Assembly: GCA_030616305.1 (NCBI GenBank)
Contig: JAUWXQ010000002.1
Span: 1-34,430 of the forward strand
Source of the DNA: Hadesarchaea archaeon
Lineage (GTDB): Archaea; Hadarchaeota; Hadarchaeia; Hadarchaeales; Hadarchaeaceae
DNA: 34,430 nt
Reading direction: 5' to 3'
In this document: positions 26,752 through 33,199 of the stretch, piece after piece
Layout: every line of letters starts with the position of its first letter
How positions within the stretch are numbered: the first letter of the stretch is position 1
Notes under the pieces: generated by a model
Told to the model about the DNA's origin: nothing
Seen by the model: only the letters and a program-made list of their open reading frames with translations
The model's database searches: none
Program-made: the position numbers and the translations under genes

Positions 26752-26997
26752 CGGAACTTCCACCGAGATGACGAGAAACTAGAGTTGGGAGATTGCCCCC
26801 GTAAATTTGTCAAAGGGGTAACCGAATGTCTCAAGCGTCGAGATGCAACTAACAATATCTTGAAGGAAATCGTTCCACCGATATTTTAGTCTCGAAATCA
26901 GGATCAACAGGCTTCCTTGTGACGTTACGCAGTTTGATGCCGAAACCTAGCGAGGGCACGTTTTTAATTGCCCCCACAAATAAGTAAAAATGAGATC

Positions 26998-28713
26998 ATG
27001 AGAAGTCTTTATACAGACGAGAGAGGCGTTTCACCGGTTGTCGCAACGCTTTTACTCATAAGCCTTTTCATAGGAGTTTACGCTATTTACATGAACGTAA
27101 CTATTCCCAGCGAGTTCGCCACGAAGGAAAAGGAGCACATGTCGGAAGTGCGAGATAGCTTCCTCAGACTCCAAAGTGCTGTGCAGGAGATGTCGGCCGG
27201 CGAGAGCAGAAGTATTTCGGTGCCGATGTCCGCAAACTTGGTCTCTGGGACTGTTCGGGGCCCGGGCATTGGAGGCAGGCTTGTAGTCATTGAGAACGAG
27301 AGTTTGTACTATGAAATTCAAAACGCTTACTACTCGCCGCAAACTTACATATACGAAAACGGGGCCGTAATCCTGTACCAACCCCGTGAAAACAAGAGCA
27401 TTATGGTATCCCCGCCGACGATGGTTAGTGTTGTCCCTTACGGTGACAACGTTAAAGTTACCATTCGAAGTGTTCGACTCATGAGCTCTGGCGAGGTCAC
27501 GGGTACTGGCACGGAAACACTTGCGGTGTCAATAATCACGAGCGAGACGAGTGGGGGGAACCCCAACGGTGTCTCAGGGATGCCGGGGGATTCAACCTAT
27601 ACTCACGTTGACCTCTCAAGTTCTGGACTTAACCTGCTTAATTTTGATGGCACCAGCACAGAAGGTGTCTGGACGGATACGGAGAATTTCAATGGTGGAT
27701 GGGGTCATAGTTTTCCAACAGAAGAGATGCCATCTGCTGGCGAATTTATCTGCGAAGACGCAAGCTGTAGTGTAACATTCTTGGCCCCAGACCCCACCGG
27801 AACAGCTAAAAACTTTATTAAATGTAGTGCGGAAACCGTAGATTTTACGGACGGAGAATATGACAAAATCCACATCATAGCCGCCTCAAACTATGGCGAT
27901 ATCACCAAGGACTTCACGGTGAATTATACCGACGAGACATCTACAGACTTTTCTAGAACGGTTGAGGCATGGGAGGAGGCTGTGGCAGGCGGCGATTATC
28001 ATCATACCGCTAAAACATTTACCCACAGACATCATTATACAACTGGAAATGATTCCGCAACGGTTCGTTTATTCCATATTTGGCTTGATACCGATGAAAC
28101 CAAGACCGCAACTTCTATGGATTTGCCAACTGATGTCAATATCAAGGTAATGGCAGTTACTTTAGAGGAGGCTGCAGCCGCCCAGCCCCCCGACAAACCG
28201 ACGCTTTCCTCCCCCTCGGATGGAACGACCACCAATGATAACACCCCGGCCTTCACGTGGACGGCCGGTTCTGGCGCGACCTCTCACCGCCTGGTAATCG
28301 ATAATGACCCGGACTTCGCGGACGAGGAGAACATCTATGATAATGCTAACTTGGGCGGCTCCGCAACCTCGTGCACGATCGAGAACGAGCTCCCATACGA
28401 CAACTACTATTGGAAGGTAATCGCGGTCAACGCGCAGGGCGAGAACGAGTCGGATGTCTGGACCTTTGAAGTTGTTGAAGAACTCGTTGAAGAGCTACTG
28501 GAAAAGGTCACAATAGTCATACAATCGAATTACCCTGACGCGTGGAGGGATTACTTGGTGGGCCTTGTTGAGCAGTTGCGTGATGACGGTATCTATGCGA
28601 CGATAGACCTTCAAAACTTGCAGCTCACCGTTCACGGCGAGAGCACAGACCCCGGTGTAAAGGACATTTATGTCGTCAGGGAATCCAAAGACGTCTCTAT
28701 CGCAATCTCCTGA
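26998..28713 (+). CDS. Large class III signal-peptide (archaeal type IV pilin-like) protein with inserted domains including an FN3-like module
   Basis: The N-terminus MRSLYTDERG|VSPVVATLLLISLFIGVYAIY is an archaeal prepilin motif of the Pilin_N/DUF1628 type. ATG 26998 is preferred over TTG 26968. The FN3-like segment runs PTLSSPSDG...TPAFTWT...YYWKVIAVNAQGENES...WTFEV. Confidence 0.8.
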   Translation: MRSLYTDERGVSPVVATLLLISLFIGVYAIYMNVTIPSEFATKEKEHMSEVRDSFLRLQSAVQEMSAGESRSISVPMSANLVSGTVRGPGIGGRLVVIENESLYYEIQNAYYSPQTYIYENGAVILYQPRENKSIMVSPPTMVSVVPYGDNVKVTIRSVRLMSSGEVTGTGTETLAVSIITSETSGGNPNGVSGMPGDSTYTHVDLSSSGLNLLNFDGTSTEGVWTDTENFNGGWGHSFPTEEMPSAGEFICEDASCSVTFLAPDPTGTAKNFIKCSAETVDFTDGEYDKIHIIAASNYGDITKDFTVNYTDETSTDFSRTVEAWEEAVAGGDYHHTAKTFTHRHHYTTGNDSATVRLFHIWLDTDETKTATSMDLPTDVNIKVMAVTLEEAAAAQPPDKPTLSSPSDGTTTNDNTPAFTWTAGSGATSHRLVIDNDPDFADEENIYDNANLGGSATSCTIENELPYDNYYWKVIAVNAQGENESDVWTFEVVEELVEELLEKVTIVIQSNYPDAWRDYLVGLVEQLRDDGIYATIDLQNLQLTVHGESTDPGVKDIYVVRESKDVSIAIS

Positions 28714-28749
28714 TTCTCAGATAAATGGCTAATACCTATTCACGTCTTT

Positions 28750-29697
28750 CTAAACCCATCTTACTTGATCCACATAGAAGGTATTATCTCCCCCAACAAC
28801 TGTGGTTTTGAACGGACAGTAGACTTGGTTTAAGTTACTGAAATCACTTGCAGGGATAATTATCTCCTGCCAAGTGTTCGTACCATCCCAACCATAGGCG
28901 CTGATCCATTTGGTTTGCGTGTCCCCCTCTGGCGCTTCTATCTCTACCTTCAAATTCTCGGTAGTCTTGACCCAGAACTTCAACTGGTCGTAACCTGAAA
29001 GGTCTATGGTGTGATCAGCAGGATAAACCAACAACACACCCCAGCCCGCGTAGTTACCTACCTCAGACCCGCTCGTGGTCTTGAAGCACTTTATGCCTTC
29101 TGGAGGGATTTCACCAGTATAATCACCGTCAAATGTTCCGGCTGGCAATTCCCACTCGCTGCCGTCCCAAGTCTGAATCTCAGAGTCAGGGGGAATCCCA
29201 GAATCATCATAAACCAAATAGAAGGGCCCGCCTACTTGTGTAGTAACATTTGCAAGAACCACGCCCGATGGATCGTGAACTACGAATATCTCAACTTCTG
29301 TGCCATTTTCATAATAGGTCTCGCCTCGTGGTGTTGAAAAGTTATGCCAGTTCAAGAGCACACACGCGGTATCGTCGCCAAAATTGATTAGGTTGTCAGA
29401 AGTGATCTTCATCGAGGTCGAGCTCTCGTTGCCTAGATTGTTCACCCCATTAATGGTCACCCTGAGTTCACTTACCTTAAGGGATTCTCCTCCTTTATGA
29501 GTGAATGAAACCCTCGTCACCAAATTATCGGCATCCGCTTGAATCAACTCAGCCCTTATATCACCGAGCTCTACTTCTGGTGCCCTCCCTCCGGGCTGCA
29601 TTTGACCCACGGCGACCGCCACCACGCTAACAGCCGCTATCGTCAGCCCTATGAGCAAGATTGTCGCGATTACGGGCGTTACCCCTCTTTCACTCAT
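28750..29697 (-). CDS. Class III signal-peptide pilin-like protein with a C-terminal lectin/CBM-like beta-sandwich domain
   Basis: The N-terminus is MSERG|VTPVIATILLIGLTIAAV, and ATG 29697 is preceded by a G-rich SD. The C-terminal pattern is DLSGYDQLKFWVK...TNTWQEIIIP...TFYVDQVRWV, and it is shared with the 31844-33025 protein. Confidence 0.8.
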   Translation of the reverse strand: MSERGVTPVIATILLIGLTIAAVSVVAVAVGQMQPGGRAPEVELGDIRAELIQADADNLVTRVSFTHKGGESLKVSELRVTINGVNNLGNESSTSMKITSDNLINFGDDTACVLLNWHNFSTPRGETYYENGTEVEIFVVHDPSGVVLANVTTQVGGPFYLVYDDSGIPPDSEIQTWDGSEWELPAGTFDGDYTGEIPPEGIKCFKTTSGSEVGNYAGWGVLLVYPADHTIDLSGYDQLKFWVKTTENLKVEIEAPEGDTQTKWISAYGWDGTNTWQEIIIPASDFSNLNQVYCPFKTTVVGGDNTFYVDQVRWV

Positions 29698-29790
29698 CCC
29701 CCATCCCCTACACAATATATCCACCACCAGTTAATTTATTAGATTAAACTTTAAATTTATCCCCGAGTACCCAACTCTAAGGGGGTTGAA

Positions 29791-30000
29791 ATGGTGCTTG
29801 AGCCCGAGCTGAGAAGGGAGTTCGAGAGGTTTATAATCGAGAAACAGCTCACCCACCCTGAAGTGGCTGCCGCTCATTTTATCGGTGATGTGAAGTATGG
29901 GGTCGCGTTCTCTTACAGCCACGGGACATTTGCGGACTTGGTAGACGCGGCAAGAAATATTATAAGAAATGCCTTAGCCGAGCGGAAAATACAGCCATAG
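29791..30000 (+). CDS. Hypothetical small soluble protein (69 aa)
   Basis: AAGGGGGT SD-like sequence lies 5-6 nt upstream of the ATG. The composition is helical and charged. I recognise no family. Confidence 0.45.
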   Translation: MVLEPELRREFERFIIEKQLTHPEVAAAHFIGDVKYGVAFSYSHGTFADLVDAARNIIRNALAERKIQP

Positions 30001-30127
30001 CGAATAGCTGAGAAACGCGAACCCACTTTGGGTCGGAGCTGCCCCGCTTCCAGAGAAAATAATCCTCTAGAAACTTTTAAACTATCTCATACAGTTAGAT
30101 TAGACAAAGACTGGGGGAAAACACGAA

Positions 30128-30433
30128 ATGATAATTGGCGGATACACCGCTGTAGCTGTGGGTTGGCTCATCGCGTTGGCGTTGCTCTATTACACAAGGC
30201 TCGCTCAGTGCTCAGTGATAGGGACTAAATTCTTGGCATCAGGAGCCCTCTTCGCCATATTTACTTCTGCGTTTCAAATTTTCTCGGACACCCTCACTTC
30301 TGTCGGGCAAGCAGATGCGGGTACTTACCTCTCAAAGGCCGGTCTGTGGGTAGGCGGCACCATAAGTTGGATCTTCTGCTTGGTTGGCACAATGTTTCTG
30401 GTAGTTGGTATCATAAGCTACAAGTGGAAATGA
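30128..30433 (+). CDS. Hypothetical small membrane protein (about 3 TM segments, 101 aa)
   Basis: A GGGGG tract lies upstream of the ATG and three hydrophobic segments are visible. I recognise no family. Confidence 0.45.
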   Translation: MIIGGYTAVAVGWLIALALLYYTRLAQCSVIGTKFLASGALFAIFTSAFQIFSDTLTSVGQADAGTYLSKAGLWVGGTISWIFCLVGTMFLVVGIISYKWK

Positions 30434-30554
30434 AGTTCTTAGATTAACATCAACTTAGTACTAACCCACCATCGACAAAACTAGGAAGATTGATGTTAGC
30501 GTTTTCTGGAACTTCGATGGCAATGAGAGCCTAATTGTTTGGTCTTCGCTTTCT

Positions 30555-31034
30555 TCAGAGGGTGGCAGGCCGAGGTGCCTTGCGGAGTATCGTGAAATCT
30601 TCCTTCACTTTTTTCAGGACGGGCAGGGCCATGCTTCGCTCCACTGAGCTGATTTCCAAAATGTCCACCAGAAACTCATTTAGGTGTTTTATATCCCTAA
30701 ACCTGCAGAACAAGAGGGTATTGTAGTCGCCCGAGATATAGTACACACAACGGACCTCCTCTCGTGCTGCAAGTTCATCCATCGTCCTCCTGAGATCGGG
30801 CCCCGAAATTTTGAGCTGAATCAAGACAGTCAGTTCGATTCCAATCTTTTCAGGATTTGTAACGATGGAGAACCTTTCAATTATTCCGTCTTCCTTCATT
30901 CGCTCGATGCGGTGATGAACCATACCTTCGGAGGATTTTAGCAGCTTGGCAATCACCCTTAATGGGGCTCTTGAGTTCTCTTCCAAGAGTTCTAAGATTT
31001 TTTCCCCATCGTTGTCAATTTTTAAAGATTTCAT
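30555..31034 (-). CDS. Lrp/AsnC-family transcriptional regulator
   Basis: It has an N-terminal wHTH (DGEKILELLEENSRAPLRVIAKLLKSSEGMVHHRIERMKEDGII) and a C-terminal RAM/AsnC_trans_reg domain. The start is ATG 31034. Confidence 0.88.
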   Translation of the reverse strand: MKSLKIDNDGEKILELLEENSRAPLRVIAKLLKSSEGMVHHRIERMKEDGIIERFSIVTNPEKIGIELTVLIQLKISGPDLRRTMDELAAREEVRCVYYISGDYNTLLFCRFRDIKHLNEFLVDILEISSVERSMALPVLKKVKEDFTILRKAPRPATL

Positions 31035-31043
31035 CAATATTAC

Positions 31044-31054
31044 TTAAAATTTTG
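31044..31054. promoter_or_regulatory. Palindrome-containing 11-mer TTAAAATTTTG, copy 1 (candidate Lrp operator)
   Basis: This is an exact repeat of the 11-mer at 31096-31106. The core AAAATTTT is a perfect palindrome. It lies in the divergent Lrp/pilin intergenic region. Confidence 0.35.
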
Positions 31055-31095
31055 AACTTTTAAGCTTTTACTTATTAAGTGCGTGAAAAAATATT

Positions 31096-31106
31096 TTAAA
31101 ATTTTG
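31096..31106. promoter_or_regulatory. Palindrome-containing 11-mer TTAAAATTTTG, copy 2 (candidate Lrp operator)
   Basis: This exact second copy is 52 bp (about 5 helical turns) from copy 1. It lies just upstream of the pilin TATA-like box TTTAAATA (31122-31129). Confidence 0.35.
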
Positions 31107-31121
31107 GGAGAGGAAAAAGGG

Positions 31122-31129
31122 TTTAAATA
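31122..31129 (+). promoter_or_regulatory. TATA-like box for the small pilin gene
   Basis: TTTAAATA lies about 47 nt upstream of ATG 31176. A strong GGAGG SD (31165-31169) lies 6 nt before the start. Confidence 0.4.
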
Positions 31130-31175
31130 GGCCCCAACATAAATAAACTTACATAAAAACAAAAGGAGGGAAAAA

Positions 31176-31703
31176 ATGAAAGGACTTGACATGAAGGGTG
31201 TTTCTCCAGTGATTGCTACAATCTTGCTAATCGCATTGACCGTGGCGGCAGTCGGAATAGTCGCCGTGGTACTGGGTACGATCACCCCCACCGGTGCGGG
31301 GATAAACGCGATGCTGGCGACCAAAAACGTGGAAAATGATAACGTCGACAACAAAATGACGATAAATCTGACGAACTGGGGTCCGGACGCTATCATTTGT
31401 GGCTCGATAAGCATAGAGATCGAGGGGACATATAACGGTGTATTTGCCCGCGGCTCCGCGGAGCGCCTTCCTGATGCTGGCGCGACAACGGGGGATAATG
31501 CAACCATATCATGGGTGACGGTTAACCCGCCGACCAACCTGAAGGCAGCCCAGTGGCCGTGGAAAGCCAGCTCTGGCACGACGCTCGCGATAATCTTGGT
31601 GGGTACCGATGCGACATCTTTCAAGCCCACTGGCCTGACGATAACAGATGCAACCACAGGCACAGTGATCTTCCAGGACACGAGCCTGCCAGACCCAGCT
31701 TAG
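31176..31703 (+). CDS. Small archaeal type IV pilin (candidate major pilin), class III signal peptide
   Basis: The N-terminus is MKGLDMKG|VSPVIATILLIALTVAAVGIVAVVLG. The 175-aa protein is Thr/Asn-rich with N-x-S/T sequons (NLT, NAT). It has a strong SD, its own TATA-like box and a hairpin terminator. Confidence 0.85.
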   Translation: MKGLDMKGVSPVIATILLIALTVAAVGIVAVVLGTITPTGAGINAMLATKNVENDNVDNKMTINLTNWGPDAIICGSISIEIEGTYNGVFARGSAERLPDAGATTGDNATISWVTVNPPTNLKAAQWPWKASSGTTLAIILVGTDATSFKPTGLTITDATTGTVIFQDTSLPDPA

Positions 31704-31717
31704 TAAACTAAAATGAT

Positions 31718-31766
31718 CCTCCACGGACATGCACCGAGACCGTGGAGGTTTATTTTTTATTTTTTG
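31718..31766 (+). terminator. Hairpin plus T-tract terminator after the pilin gene
   Basis: A perfect 9-bp stem forms between CCTCCACGG (31718-31726) and CCGTGGAGG (31740-31748), with a 13-nt loop. It is followed by TTTATTTTTTATTTTTT. Confidence 0.6.
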
Positions 31767-31843
31767 TTGGTATATGTGCTAAGGTTATCGAAGCGAAGTA
31801 TACATTCATAACAGTTCCTGTATGGTTCAGCGTTTCCGTAGAT

Positions 31844-33025
31844 CTAAGCCTCAAAGACGATATTATCTAAATAAATGGTGCATCCACCCGGGTTGCTGGC
31901 TATATTGGTAACCCAGACGAACCCCCCGATAATATTGCTCATATCTCTCCCAGTCAGGTCTATAGTGTACTGTTGCCACGTGTTGGTGAGGACGAGAACA
32001 CCGGTCGTCACGGCGGGGTAAATCGAGTCCTCGTACGGCTTGCCGGTTTCTCTTATCCCTCCAACTTTGAACTCTGCCTTCTCCCCCCCGGCCTCCCCTC
32101 TGGCCCAGAAAGTCAATTTTGTCGCCCCGCTCAGATCGTGTCCTGGATAATCTCCCCAATTTTGATCTTGGGACTGCCAGTAAATGCCAGCCCATCCGTT
32201 GGCCCCAGCTGGTGAGTAAACAATTTTGATGCAGGTCGGCCCCGAGTAGGGGTTGGTTGTGGAAGCAGGGTCGATCTCAATATCGTCTGTGTCGCCCATC
32301 CAACCCGAGGGGATGAAATACGCCTCGACAGCATAAGGCGGCGCGGGTGATTCAAGGACGGTCACCTCTACCGAAGCGTTATCGGTTAGTCCTGAGTTAT
32401 CCTCCACAGCTAGAGATACGACATATCTTCCGGGCCCGGCGTAGGTGTGGGTCACCTCACTCCCAGATCCAGTAGTTCCATCCCCGAAGTCCCACGTGTA
32501 GCTGATTATGTTGCCGTCAGGGTCAGTAGAACCGGCACCACTGAATATCACCTCTACTCCTGCTTTGATGGTATCGGGAGGAGAGATTTCGGCCTGCGGA
32601 GGGACTTGGGTGGTGCTAACGATGATTCGCATGGTATAACTCCAAGGCTCGTTAACCCCATCGCTGATCGTAACCTCTATGTAATAAGTTCCTGGCGTTG
32701 GGGGTATCCACTCAAACACGTTCTCAGTGCGGGAATTGATAAAGGAATCCTCCTCGCAGGTCCATGTATAACTCAAAACATCGCCATCAGGGTCTTCGGC
32801 TACTATTCCTAAAGTGATGGGGGTGCCAACGTATGCTGCTCCTCCAGAAGGCATTATTATAGAATGGATATCGGGAGGTTCGTTCATGGACCTTCGGTAG
32901 CTCCAAATAGCCAACCCCGCACCGACGACTATCAGGGCAACTAAGACGATGCCCACGACTAGCGGCCAGAGGTTTCTTTCCTCGTACCGCAATTCCCATT
33001 CTTCCTCAGTCATAAGGACAGACAC
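31844..33025 (-). CDS. Membrane-anchored surface protein: N-terminal TM anchor, two PKD domains, C-terminal lectin/CBM-like domain
   Basis: The TM segment is LWPLVVGIVLVALIVVGAGLAIW. PKD signatures are AEDPDGDVLSYTW and STDPDGNIISYTWDFGDGTTG...HTYAGPGRYVVSLAVEDNSG. The C-terminus is DLSGATKLTFWARG...TNTWQQYTIDL...TIYLDNIVF. The start is GTG 33025 or ATG 33013. Confidence 0.85.
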   Translation of the reverse strand: MSVLMTEEEWELRYEERNLWPLVVGIVLVALIVVGAGLAIWSYRRSMNEPPDIHSIIMPSGGAAYVGTPITLGIVAEDPDGDVLSYTWTCEEDSFINSRTENVFEWIPPTPGTYYIEVTISDGVNEPWSYTMRIIVSTTQVPPQAEISPPDTIKAGVEVIFSGAGSTDPDGNIISYTWDFGDGTTGSGSEVTHTYAGPGRYVVSLAVEDNSGLTDNASVEVTVLESPAPPYAVEAYFIPSGWMGDTDDIEIDPASTTNPYSGPTCIKIVYSPAGANGWAGIYWQSQDQNWGDYPGHDLSGATKLTFWARGEAGGEKAEFKVGGIRETGKPYEDSIYPAVTTGVLVLTNTWQQYTIDLTGRDMSNIIGGFVWVTNIASNPGGCTIYLDNIVFEA

Positions 33026-33184
33026 CTATCACAATAACAATCGTTCTTTTGCCTGAAATATTCTACTTTATGGGGCTCCGCCCTTAAATCCTGCACCATC
33101 TTGTACTGCGGGGATTTTTTCGTGCTTCCACCACTTTCCTTTTTTCGGTGAGCAGAGCGAGGTTTTCTTCTGAAATCGTGAGGT

Positions 33185-33190
33185 AAAAAA
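33185..33190 (-). terminator. Oligo-T tract after the second ATPase gene
   Basis: A T6 run on the minus strand begins 10 nt past the TAA stop, as in archaeal oligo-T termination signals. Confidence 0.25.
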
Positions 33191-33199
33191 GATACAAAG

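Noticed and set aside
26792-26975. Repeated 9-mer ATTGCCCCC (26792-26800 and 26967-26975) upstream of the large pilin gene
   Set aside because: A single shared 9-mer within about 250 bp is within chance expectation, and there is no extended similarity or symmetry.
30445-30498. Inverted repeat TAACATCAA/TTGATGTTA between the convergent membrane-protein and Lrp genes, considered as a bidirectional terminator
   Set aside because: The 9-bp AT-rich stem has a 36-nt loop and only a weak T-run (GTTTTC). That is too weak to call a terminator.
31040-31681. 213-aa minus-strand ORF opposite the small pilin gene
   Set aside because: The plus-strand frame has the class III signal peptide, a strong GGAGG SD, a TATA-like box and a terminator. 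The minus-strand ORF would also run through the Lrp/pilin promoter region and has no recognisable domain.
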